Source: Candidatus Nealsonbacteria bacterium (GTDB taxonomy: Bacteria; Patescibacteriota; Minisyncoccia; Minisyncoccales; JANBVM01). Taken from it: DNA of 64,000 bases. A program made the translations under genes and the position numbers. The stretch spans positions 258,000 through 321,999 of the forward strand of contig CP061210.1 in NCBI GenBank assembly GCA_026016225.1. The letters run 5' to 3'. This document shows positions 21,464 to 30,109 of the stretch, piece by piece (the stretch's first letter is position 1; the number at the start of each line of letters is the position of its first letter). Under the pieces are notes generated by a model that was not told the DNA's origin, did not search any database, and worked only from the letters and a program-made list of their open reading frames with translations.

Positions 21464-21539
21464 TTACAAACCTTAAACAAAAAAACAACTCTAAAGCTGT
21501 GGAAAACTCAATTCGTTACTGTATCATCTTCGACTATAT
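21464..21539 (+). repeat. 76-bp perfect direct repeat, copy 1
   Basis: TTACAAACCTTAAAC...CATCTTCGACTATAT is identical to 23207-23282. Confidence 0.95.
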
Positions 21540-21605
21540 GTATATGCTTTAAGGGGAAAATTGGGGTCTTTTGAGAGCGTCCCGGAACGCCTCTTAGTCG
21601 GAACC

Positions 21606-21836
21606 TCAGATTCTTTTTAAAATCTCAAGGTATTTCTTAGAACTAATACCTAGAATTCTTAAGTTATTCCGAATAACAAAAACCGGTAGTTCTTTCTCTC
21701 GAGGAATAACTACCGGCCGTTTTAAGTCCTCCCTCCAATAAATTCGGTGGTCCCCCTTTGCTCTTTCAAAACGACAACCAATAAATAGAAGAAACTTTTC
21801 AAATTTTTTCCAATGAATGGGAGTCAAACGAGCCAT
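21606..21836 (-). CDS. hicA: HicA-family toxin (mRNA interferase)
   Basis: 76 aa basic protein with FERAKGDHRIY (GxH) and PVVIP motifs. Confidence 0.85.
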   Translation of the reverse strand: MARLTPIHWKKFEKFLLFIGCRFERAKGDHRIYWREDLKRPVVIPREKELPVFVIRNNLRILGISSKKYLEILKRI

Positions 21837-21839
21837 ATG

Positions 21840-22127
21840 TTATCTAGCCGGGACCCGAACAGTTTGAGATTCTTGCGAAACGACTACTGGCGGAGTCCAT
21901 TTTCTTTGAACTTTTCTCCATCCCAAGTCTCGCAAAACATCGTCTAATGTGCCTTTTTTGATAAGCTCTTCAAAAAAAATATTAACGATTTCATTAAATC
22001 GTTCTCTTACTTTCTCAAAAGAATTAGCTGAAGTAGATAAATCTAGTGCTGGAGTATGGGCAACAAATTTTTTGCCTTCTCGAAGTATAGAAACTGGAAG
22101 GCTAATCTCTAACATAACCTTTCTCAT
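21840..22127 (-). CDS. hicB: HicB-family antitoxin (short form, no DNA-binding domain)
   Basis: REGKKFVAHTPALDLSTSANSFE partial RNase H fold pattern; 3 nt upstream of hicA. Confidence 0.8.
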   Translation of the reverse strand: MRKVMLEISLPVSILREGKKFVAHTPALDLSTSANSFEKVRERFNEIVNIFFEELIKKGTLDDVLRDLGWRKVQRKWTPPVVVSQESQTVRVPAR

Positions 22128-22286
22128 ACAATTTAATATTATCGAAATAAGAAAATGGTGTCAACTCTGATTTTCTCGTTCTACCAAAAAACCGTCCGAG
22201 AGGCGATTTTTTATGCCTCTCGGTCCTTGAACCGAGTACAGGGTTGCTCCGCTGGCTGGACGCTATTAGAACCTGTTTGCTTGAAA

Positions 22287-22859
22287 TTATAATAAAGTCT
22301 TCTCTTTAAATTTTTCTATATCTTCTGGCAACAAAAGTCTTGATAGATTAGCGTATTTTTGTATTCCTAGAGACGGAGAGTGAGCAAAGCCGACATATTC
22401 AATCTTTTTACCTTTGTATTTTACATATCTTATGGCTGGAATTAAATCGGTATCAGAACTTACTAAAATAGCTGTATCATATAAATCATCAACAGCACCA
22501 ACAATTAAATCTACTGCGATTTTAACATCCGTACCTTTTTCTTTATAGGTTTTATCAATTGGCATTATTCTACCGCGTTTAATAATAAAACCATCATTTT
22601 TAAGATTTGAAAAGAATTTTTGCTGCCCTCTTACAAGGTTTTTACTCTTATCAGTTCCATCAAGATTTCTAAAAACTCCAGTATAATATCTTTTTGAAAC
22701 AAGTTTTCTTTTGTCACCAACTAAAAAATTTACGAACTTTTTAAAGTCAAATTTCGTTCCCCTTGGGAAAGCTATCTCTTTATCTTTTAGATAGCCATAA
22801 AAATTACTGCCATCTATATAAACAGCAACTTTTTCTTTTTTATTTTTAAAAATATCCAT
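22287..22859 (-). CDS. NYN domain (LabA/DUF88-like) ribonuclease
   Basis: VYIDGSN, EKGTDVKIAVD, LVSSDTDL motifs. Confidence 0.9.
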   Translation of the reverse strand: MDIFKNKKEKVAVYIDGSNFYGYLKDKEIAFPRGTKFDFKKFVNFLVGDKRKLVSKRYYTGVFRNLDGTDKSKNLVRGQQKFFSNLKNDGFIIKRGRIMPIDKTYKEKGTDVKIAVDLIVGAVDDLYDTAILVSSDTDLIPAIRYVKYKGKKIEYVGFAHSPSLGIQKYANLSRLLLPEDIEKFKEKTLL

Positions 22860-22871
22860 ATGAGGCTATTA

Positions 22872-22947
22872 TAAGAACCATGCCTTCGGCAGAACCTTGA
22901 TTCTCGCTTCGCTCGAATTAAGAACCATACCTTCGGCAGAACCTTGA
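22872..22947 (+). repeat. Two 29-bp direct repeats separated by an 18-bp hairpin-like spacer
   Basis: TAAGAACCAT(G/A)CCTTCGGCAGAACCTTGA at 22872-22900 and 22919-22947, one mismatch. Confidence 0.85.
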
Positions 22948-23006
22948 AATTAAACTTCTATTTACGCAAAAAATTAATGTAGTTTAATTATAAAACGATT
23001 TGAAAT

Positions 23007-23036
23007 AAAAAACTACCCTTGCCGAAGCAGGGGTAG
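23007..23036 (-). terminator. Terminator-like UUCG hairpin directly after a sigma70 promoter in the NYN leader
   Basis: Minus strand: TTGACA(23080-75)-16 nt-TATAAT(23058-53), then CTACCC(C)TGC-TTCG-GCA(A)GGGTAG-T6. Confidence 0.7.
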
Positions 23037-23170
23037 TGTGCATAGTAGTTGTATTATAGTTCTTCTGTATTTGTTGTCAAGCTTTTCTTGTGGAAAAAAT
23101 TAACTTTTCAAAGTCAGATTAACAACTAAGAGTTCGAATGTCTTGTTCGGGGTATTTGAATTTGAACACC

Positions 23171-23192
23171 GCTCGGGGGATAGGATTCGAAC
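23171..23192 (-). other. tRNA 3'-end fragment (tRNA-Gln-like), possible att remnant
   Basis: Minus strand reads GTTCGAATCCTATCCCCCGAGC, a T-loop plus 3' acceptor strand; no 5' half is present. Confidence 0.55.
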
Positions 23193-23206
23193 TGATATGA
23201 AATATC

Positions 23207-23282
23207 TTACAAACCTTAAACAAAAAAACAACTCTAAAGCTGTGGAAAACTCAATTCGTTACTGTATCATCTTCGACTATAT
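23207..23282 (+). repeat. 76-bp perfect direct repeat, copy 2
   Basis: Identical to 21464-21539. Confidence 0.95.
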
Positions 23283-23366
23283 TTAGAAGCTTTTTTTATT
23301 TTATGTTAGAATTAACAAATTAAAACAAAACTTTTGTTATTGAACAAAAGGATGTATTTTTTAGTT

Positions 23367-24293
23367 ATGGAGCAGTTTTTTAAAGATTTTTTTCAAGGAC
23401 ATAAAAAGAAAATAATTGGTTTTTCTTTTTTAAGAATTTTTGCTTTTGTGCAGGTGCTTTTCTGGCCTTATGCTTTTTCTAAGATTGTAAACATAATGAG
23501 TAGAAATCCGGAGGATTGGAGAAAAGCTCTTATCTGGGCTGGGGCTATGATTTTTAATAAGGTATTGGAAGATTTTATAAGACTAAAAGCAAAATTTGAA
23601 TTGGAAAAAATTGGGACAAGATTACAAATTTCCTTAGCTACTTTCTTCTCTGAAAAAACAGAAATTCGTGAGTACAAAAAAACAGGAGAATCAGTGCAGG
23701 CAATTAAAAAAGCTTCAGAAGACATTTCTTCTTTAATAGAGTTTTATAAAGACAACTTGTTAAAATTACCGGTAAACTTTATTATAATTCCATTTATACT
23801 TTATAAGGCAAGCATAGATTACTTAATTTTATTATTAATATATGGGATTTTATACCTGGGAATTGAGTATTTTGCAGTTAATCTTTATCGCAAAAAGTTA
23901 AAAAAATACTTTAAAGCATCTGAGATTTTTTGGGGGACCACTTATCGAAAAGTACCCGAAGTCTGGAGACGAAGGGAAGACGGTGGTATTTTCGCAAGAA
24001 GAGTTAATAAAGAAGGAAAAAACCTTTATCAGACAACAGTTTCTGCTGATAGTATGAATAGGTGGCGATGGTCTGCTTTGCAATCCCTGTCCAGTGCCAG
24101 CATAGGTGCAGTTATTTTATTCGTTATTTATAGAATAATAAACAATAGTGCTCCGGTTGGAGACTTGATTTTGGTAGCTGGTTATTTTAAAGAAACACAG
24201 ACTACTCTTAACATTATTACCACTGCTTTTAGCCAAATCATCTACGCAAGAATATCTTTAAAAAGACTTGACAAAGCAGTAAAGATTAGATAA
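23367..24293 (+). CDS. ABC exporter-type transmembrane domain without ATPase domain
   Basis: About 6 TM helices, PVGDLILVAGYF and terminal ISLKRL pattern of ABC exporter TMDs; no Walker A motif. Confidence 0.6.
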   Translation: MEQFFKDFFQGHKKKIIGFSFLRIFAFVQVLFWPYAFSKIVNIMSRNPEDWRKALIWAGAMIFNKVLEDFIRLKAKFELEKIGTRLQISLATFFSEKTEIREYKKTGESVQAIKKASEDISSLIEFYKDNLLKLPVNFIIIPFILYKASIDYLILLLIYGILYLGIEYFAVNLYRKKLKKYFKASEIFWGTTYRKVPEVWRRREDGGIFARRVNKEGKNLYQTTVSADSMNRWRWSALQSLSSASIGAVILFVIYRIINNSAPVGDLILVAGYFKETQTTLNIITTAFSQIIYARISLKRLDKAVKIR

Positions 24294-24347
24294 ATAAAGA
24301 TTTTGACCTGTCTTTTTATTTTTGTTATAGTTTTTAAATCGCTTATT

Positions 24348-24983
24348 ATGGAAGAAAATAAAGAAAATAATTTTGGTAAAAATTATCTGGTTCAAATTAC
24401 AAATGAGCTTTATCGTTTAACTTTGCTTTTTCCCAAAAAAGAACCTTTAAGATATAAGATGAGGGAGTTATCTGATGATGTCCTGGCTAATTTTGTTTCT
24501 CTTCCTCAGGAAGATAATAATCCAACTAAGATTAAGATTGTAAAGGATTCAAAAAAAATGATTGAGGTCCTTGATAGTTTTTTTGATATTGTGAAAACTC
24601 AAGATTGGGTTAGAGCTTCTGATATATTGAACCTCCAGGAGGAATATAGTAAAATAGGGGAAGAATTGCTGAAATTTCAGGAAGAAGAGAAGATAAAAAA
24701 AGCCCGGAAACAAGAGGAGAAAATAGATGATGAAGTTAGAGAGATTTCTATTTTGAAAAAGGAAGAAGAAAAACCAATATCTGAACGACAGAAAAAGCTT
24801 TTAAAAGTTCTGGAGGAGAAAGGAAAAATGCAGGTTTGGGAAATAAAGGACATTTTTTCAGAAGTGAGTAAAAGAACGCTAAGGAGAGATTTTAGGAGTT
24901 TATTGAAAAATGGTTTGGTAGAAAGAATAGGAGAGAGAAACAATACTTTTTACCAGATTAAAGGTAGGACAGAATCAATATAG
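24348..24983 (+). CDS. Four-helix-bundle domain fused to a C-terminal DeoR-like winged HTH
   Basis: LYRLTLLFPKKEPLRYKMRE four-helix-bundle pattern; SERQKKLL..VSKRTLRRDFRSLLKNGLVER HTH. Confidence 0.7.
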   Translation: MEENKENNFGKNYLVQITNELYRLTLLFPKKEPLRYKMRELSDDVLANFVSLPQEDNNPTKIKIVKDSKKMIEVLDSFFDIVKTQDWVRASDILNLQEEYSKIGEELLKFQEEEKIKKARKQEEKIDDEVREISILKKEEEKPISERQKKLLKVLEEKGKMQVWEIKDIFSEVSKRTLRRDFRSLLKNGLVERIGERNNTFYQIKGRTESI

Positions 24984-25039
24984 GTAGGACAGAGATAGGA
25001 CAAATTGGTTTTTCTTAGTTGTCCATATCTTATGTCCTA
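24962..25039. promoter_or_regulatory. Cluster of TAGGACA direct and inverted repeats (candidate operator)
   Basis: TAGGACA at 24965, 24985 and 24996; inverted TGTCC at 25020 and TGTCCTA at 25033. Confidence 0.55.
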
Positions 25040-25078
25040 TCATTATTAATTATTTTAAATCAAATTTTTTGACTTTTT

Positions 25079-25594
25079 ATGAGTAATCCACGAGAGAAAT
25101 TCAGTAAAATCTATGATAAGTATATAGATAAAATCTATAGGTTTGTCTTTTTAAAAGTAAGTTCTCAAGAAATAGCTGAAGATTTAACTTCCGAAGCTTT
25201 TTCAAAAACCTGGACAGTTTTTAAGAAAAAAAGTCAGGAAATTGAGAATATTCAGGCATTTTTATATAAAACTGCCAGAAATTTAGTTACTGACCATTAT
25301 AGACAGAAAGGCAGAATTCGTATTGTTTCTGCTGATAATCCCTTTATAATTGATCCGGGGCAGAACTTAGAAGAAGAATCCAAATTAAACTCAGATATTG
25401 AGAGTATTAAAAAAGACATATCTGATTTAAAAGATGACTATCAGAATGTCCTTATTTGGCATTACGTAGATGACCTATCTATTGATGAGATGTCTGCACT
25501 TTTAGGTAGGACAAACGGGGCTACTCGTGTTTTACTTCATAGAGCTTTAAAATCTTTAAAAAAAGCCTTAAAAACTAAGATAAGAGAGGTGTAA
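25079..25594 (+). CDS. ECF-family RNA polymerase sigma factor
   Basis: AEDLTSEAF and FLYKTARNLVTDHYR (region 2); LSIDEMSALLGRTNGATRVLLHRA (region 4). Confidence 0.9.
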   Translation: MSNPREKFSKIYDKYIDKIYRFVFLKVSSQEIAEDLTSEAFSKTWTVFKKKSQEIENIQAFLYKTARNLVTDHYRQKGRIRIVSADNPFIIDPGQNLEEESKLNSDIESIKKDISDLKDDYQNVLIWHYVDDLSIDEMSALLGRTNGATRVLLHRALKSLKKALKTKIREV

Positions 25595-25615
25595 CAAAAT
25601 CTATCCTATTTCGTC
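25590..25615 (+). promoter_or_regulatory. ECF-type promoter
   Basis: TGTAAC-16 nt-CGTC matches the general ECF AAC..CGT consensus, upstream of the putative anti-sigma gene. Confidence 0.5.
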
Positions 25616-25702
25616 ATAATATAGATAATCCTGAAACAGGATTTTTTTAAGGGTTTTGGATAACCAGTCGCTTCGCTCCTTGTAATTGTTTCGCAATTAA
25701 GT

Positions 25703-26386
25703 ATGACTGAGAACCAACTAATTAAAAAAATAAAAAGACTAAAAGCTATCAAGCCCAGAAGAAACTGGGTTTTATTGAATAAAAAGCAGATTTTGGGAGA
25801 AGAAAGAAGAATTGAAATATTTCCATTTTTTAGACCAGTTTATGCTGGTTTGTTTTGTTTATTGTTTTTAGCTGGTCTTTTTGAATTTTCCCAGAATGCG
25901 TTGCCTGGTGAATTTCTATACTATTTAAAAAAGATTACAGAAAGAAGCCAGCTCATCTTGTCTTCTGAGGAAGAAAGGCCCGGATTGAACTTAGAGTTGG
26001 TCAACAAGAGATTAGAGGAATTAAACCAGATTGCCCAGAATAATGAAGTGAGGAAATTAGCGCCAGCTTTAAAGGAATATCAGGCAAGCGTTTTTGAAGC
26101 AGTTAAAAGCTTGACAAAGATAACAGCTACTACCTCTGATTCGTTGGTAATAAAGGGGATAGCTGAAAAAACCCAAAAATTAGAAGAAAACAAGGAAATA
26201 TTAGGGACGTTATTGGAAATTGATGAAAAATTAAATCCTGTTAAAGTAGTGGCGGAATTGCTGATTAAAGACATGGAAAAAACCTTTTTAACTGAAGAAG
26301 ATGAGGAGATTTTAGAACAAGCAAAACAAGATTTTGAAAATGGAAATTATTCTGAGGCTCTGGAGAGGATTTTGTTAAATCAATAA
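25703..26386 (+). CDS. Putative anti-sigma membrane protein (DUF5667-like)
   Basis: Single TM followed by ALPGEFLYYLKKITE..KRLEEL; directly after the ECF sigma gene. Confidence 0.65.
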   Translation: MTENQLIKKIKRLKAIKPRRNWVLLNKKQILGEERRIEIFPFFRPVYAGLFCLLFLAGLFEFSQNALPGEFLYYLKKITERSQLILSSEEERPGLNLELVNKRLEELNQIAQNNEVRKLAPALKEYQASVFEAVKSLTKITATTSDSLVIKGIAEKTQKLEENKEILGTLLEIDEKLNPVKVVAELLIKDMEKTFLTEEDEEILEQAKQDFENGNYSEALERILLNQ

Positions 26387-26625
26387 ATATGGAGAGAATT
26401 GATACTTTTCCAACAGGTATTTTCTTTACAATTTGCTAAAATTTAAAATTAGAAAATTAAAAGTCGCACTCGTGGCTAATACGTAAGGTCGCGAGCAACC
26501 TTGGTTAGATAGAGCTCAATTATTTGAGCTTGTGATATTTCTACTATCTAATGTCTAACAGGGTAAATTGGTCGACGCGATGGAAATAAATAAAAAATTA
26601 ACAAACAAAAGACTTAAAGAAAAAA

Positions 26626-29600
26626 ATGAATTTAATAACAAAGAAAAAGATTATAGCGATTATTACTGTTTTGACTGTTTGGGGTTCGATTGCAACACCT
26701 GCTTTTGCTATAACAGTAGAAGAGCTTCAAACACAGATAGCTACTCTATTGGCCACAATAAATGCCTTACAGACTCAACTAGCTGCACTTCAGGGAACAG
26801 CCGTTACTGGTTGTACTATCACTTCCTTTGACCAAAACCTAAAACAAGGAATGTCAGGTGATGATGTAAAATGCTTGCAAATCGTCTTGAATTCATCTGC
26901 CGACACCCAATTAGCTGCAAGCGGTGTAGGTTCTCCTGGTAATGAAACCAGCTACTTTGGTCCTATAACCAAAGCTGCGGTAATTAAATTCCAGGAGAAA
27001 TATGCTTCTGAAATATTGACATCATGGGGTTTAACCGTTGGAACTGGTTTTGTTGGTTCAACCACTAGAGCAAAATTAAATACAATTCTCTCTTCTGGTG
27101 TAGTTCCTGGTCCCGTAATTCCCGCAGCAGGCCTTTCTGTTTCTTTAGCTACTGACACTCCAGCTTCTACCGGTGTTCCCTATGGTTCTTCAGTGGAATT
27201 TCTTAAGTTTACATTGGTTTCTGGTGAAGATGTAAACATTAATTCTATTGAGATAACTGCCGGGGGAATAGGCATCTATACTAATATAGATTCGGTGGCG
27301 ATTTTTGATGAGGACGGGATAAGGATTAGTTCTACCAAGAATATTAGTTCTGATGGAAGCGCTATCTTTAATTTTCCGACCCCGCTGGTTGTTGAGGCAG
27401 GAGTTCTCCAAATTTTAACGGTAAAGGCTACCGCAGCTTTCGCTGGAGCAGGCCATGTCTTTTATTTAGGGATTTCAGATAGTTCAGATATTCTCTCTAA
27501 TGCTTCGGCGGTTAATGGCACTTTCCCAATTAATGGTAATCCAATGAATGTTTTGAGTGCCACCGTTGGGACAGCTACAATAGCTGCGGCAACTGACTTG
27601 GAGCCAAGCGTTCCCTTTGGCGAAGATGATGTCCTGCTGGCTGATTTTGATATTGATGTTGGAGCAGCTGAAGATTTACTATTTTCAGCCATTAGATTCA
27701 GAAACGGTGGAACAAATGATGATTCTTTGGCCTCAAACTTGAGACTAATCTGCGATGGAGAGGAAATTGCCACCACCGAATTAGAGGATAGATATGCTGC
27801 CTTTAGTATCTCCAATATTTTGATTGAGAAAAGCGACACAGTTACTTGTGAGGTTAGGGGAGACATAGGCACCGGCTCAGCTGGAGACACCATTAAATTG
27901 TACATAAAAGACGAGACAGACGTTACGATGATTTGTAAGAATACTGGTTTTAGAGCCGCTGTTGATACCACAGATCTAGATACTACTGGTGAAGCCCAGA
28001 ATGTTACTTTAGCTGTCGGTGATTTCACCATTGATTTTGACAAGTCGTCAATCACTGGTACTCCAAATCAGGATGTCAGGCCCGATACTAAGAACGTAGT
28101 CATAGCCACCTTAAAAATGACCTCCAATGCTGAGAATGCAACCATTGAATCTATTACTACTGGTACCGGAGATGATAAGTTTGAAATTCAAGGTACAGGA
28201 ATAGCGTCATCAACTGATATTACGACTGGTAGTATAGAAATGAGGGATGTTGAGACCGGCGCTATTTACGACCTTGCCGAAACTTGGGTGAGCGGCACGA
28301 AAGGTTACTTGTCTATGACAGAAGAAATTAGTTTGGTAAAGGGTGTGACTAAAACCTTTGAGATTAGGTTAGACTTAACTTCTTCAATTGGTAATGGCGA
28401 CACTCTAAAAGTTGTTCTTGAGGATGGGGCGTTCACCATAACCGGTGATGTTTCTGGTGAATCAATTACCGACATTCTCCCAAATTCAATCACCTCTGGT
28501 ATATCAACTGTTGAGTTTTCTTCTCTCGATGTTACTACTGTAACATTGACCGATGTCTCAGTTGTCGGGGGAGCTGTAGATAAAATAATCTACCAGGCTT
28601 CATTAGAGGCTGGGGATTCTTCTCCGGTTACCCTAAAAACAGTTGCCATTTCCGAGGTTTCCGAAGATAGTAATGATAATGCAATCTTGTTTTCTGACAC
28701 TAATATCACTAAATTAGATCTCTATCTTGATGGGGATTTAATGAAAACAAGATCTAACAAGATTGCAGAAGCAGCCGCTGATTCCGGGATGGGTTCAATT
28801 GCCTTCTCTTCCTTAGATACCAACAATGTCATTTCAGCTGGTAAAGCAGCTATCTTAGTTTTGAAGGCTACTTTTGCTTCTTCCTTAAATGCATCTGGTA
28901 CTTTTGCTTTAGGTATCACTAATGATACTGCCGTAATCTCTAGAGATATTGATAACGAGCTTATTGATGCAAACATTACCAGTACATCTACAGAATCAAG
29001 AACGGTAACCCTAGCGACAGTAGGTGATTTGAAGGTTGAGTTAAAGATCACCGATGTAAAAGCCAATAAAGATATGTATATCGTTGCTGGTAGTTCTGGT
29101 CCAACTGGTAGATATCTTGGAGAATTAGTCTTCACTACTAAGGATGAACCTGTTAAAGTCACGACATTAAGATTAGATAATAAGAATGGTAATGCAACCA
29201 ATACCACCATTGCCTCTGTCTCCTTGGTTGAGGCAAATGGAACAGTTGTTGAAACCAAAGGAGTATTGTCAGACGGAGATGTTAATTTCACCAATCTTGA
29301 CTTAGAGTTTGCTGCCGATGAAGCCACTTCCTTGTTTGTTGTAGCTGATGTAAACGGTATTAATGTTGCCGGTGATCCTACCGCTACTGCGATAAGTGGT
29401 AAGACAATTCAGTATAATTTCCCAAGTACGCTAGGTGTGGTAGCTGAAGGTGTAAATTCTGGAAAAGACATTACCATGGCAGTAGATGTCGACGGTACCT
29501 TAGCTTTTGGTGAGTGGTCTACTTCTACTGTTGTAAGTAAAACAGGTACAGTGTTAGGTGCTGCTATCACTCACATTGAGAATGCCATGGCAAATGGTAC

Positions 29601-30042
29601 TTTAACTGGTGGTGCTGGTAAAATCATTGGCAAATATACTCTGACGATTGATAGCGGTGCCAATAGAGATACTGATGATAATACTGATACGAAAGCTGTT
29701 TTGGCTACAACAACAATAACGGTGACTACGGGTGGTGCTACTAGTACCAATATCCAGGCTTACATTGCAGGTGATTCATCTAACAAAACTACTGAAGTTG
29801 ATCTTTCCGAGGGTGTTGCTATTATTGATATGACCACATTAACTGGTGAGGCTAATGAAGTTGACGGCACGGTGACCATAGTTATCATTGCTACTGTTGA
29901 AACTGACGGTGAAGGTGATTACCTCCAGACTGAAATTGATGATTTGAGTACCGACCTTTACTACAGCGATGGCACAACTTCTAATGACGGTAATTGTCAG
30001 CTAACTATCAGTGAAGTATTTGGTGGTACTTTGTCTAACTAA
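26626..30042 (+). CDS. Large S-layer-like surface protein with peptidoglycan-binding-like domain
   Basis: Signal peptide, coiled coil, LKQGMSGDDVKCLQIVLN..YFGPITKAAVIKFQ..GTGFVGSTTRAKLN domain, then an acidic Thr/Ser/Gly-rich beta-sandwich-like region. Confidence 0.75.
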   Translation: MNLITKKKIIAIITVLTVWGSIATPAFAITVEELQTQIATLLATINALQTQLAALQGTAVTGCTITSFDQNLKQGMSGDDVKCLQIVLNSSADTQLAASGVGSPGNETSYFGPITKAAVIKFQEKYASEILTSWGLTVGTGFVGSTTRAKLNTILSSGVVPGPVIPAAGLSVSLATDTPASTGVPYGSSVEFLKFTLVSGEDVNINSIEITAGGIGIYTNIDSVAIFDEDGIRISSTKNISSDGSAIFNFPTPLVVEAGVLQILTVKATAAFAGAGHVFYLGISDSSDILSNASAVNGTFPINGNPMNVLSATVGTATIAAATDLEPSVPFGEDDVLLADFDIDVGAAEDLLFSAIRFRNGGTNDDSLASNLRLICDGEEIATTELEDRYAAFSISNILIEKSDTVTCEVRGDIGTGSAGDTIKLYIKDETDVTMICKNTGFRAAVDTTDLDTTGEAQNVTLAVGDFTIDFDKSSITGTPNQDVRPDTKNVVIATLKMTSNAENATIESITTGTGDDKFEIQGTGIASSTDITTGSIEMRDVETGAIYDLAETWVSGTKGYLSMTEEISLVKGVTKTFEIRLDLTSSIGNGDTLKVVLEDGAFTITGDVSGESITDILPNSITSGISTVEFSSLDVTTVTLTDVSVVGGAVDKIIYQASLEAGDSSPVTLKTVAISEVSEDSNDNAILFSDTNITKLDLYLDGDLMKTRSNKIAEAAADSGMGSIAFSSLDTNNVISAGKAAILVLKATFASSLNASGTFALGITNDTAVISRDIDNELIDANITSTSTESRTVTLATVGDLKVELKITDVKANKDMYIVAGSSGPTGRYLGELVFTTKDEPVKVTTLRLDNKNGNATNTTIASVSLVEANGTVVETKGVLSDGDVNFTNLDLEFAADEATSLFVVADVNGINVAGDPTATAISGKTIQYNFPSTLGVVAEGVNSGKDITMAVDVDGTLAFGEWSTSTVVSKTGTVLGAAITHIENAMANGTLTGGAGKIIGKYTLTIDSGANRDTDDNTDTKAVLATTTITVTTGGATSTNIQAYIAGDSSNKTTEVDLSEGVAIIDMTTLTGEANEVDGTVTIVIIATVETDGEGDYLQTEIDDLSTDLYYSDGTTSNDGNCQLTISEVFGGTLSN

Positions 30043-30109
30043 TTCTCTGAAACGGACCCTCACGTTTTGTGAGGTAGTAAAATCCTAAATGCCTTTCCTT
30101 GTGGGCACC

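Noticed and set aside
22872..22947. Possible mini CRISPR array
   Set aside because: Only two 29-bp repeats, the 18-bp spacer is itself a repeated hairpin motif, and there are no cas genes in the window
23130..23210. Complete tRNA gene
   Set aside because: Only the T-loop and 3' acceptor strand are present; no D arm or anticodon arm can be folded upstream on the minus strand
15660..23300. Prophage or integrative conjugative element
   Set aside because: No integrase, structural, replication or conjugation genes in this interval
24348..24983. Diversity-generating retroelement (Avd-like four-helix bundle)
   Set aside because: No reverse transcriptase in the window, and the duplicated gene tails differ mainly at synonymous sites of all base types rather than only at adenines
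26568..26831. 87-aa Cys-rich ORF
   Set aside because: It is an alternative frame overlapping the start of the S-layer-like gene, with no independent support
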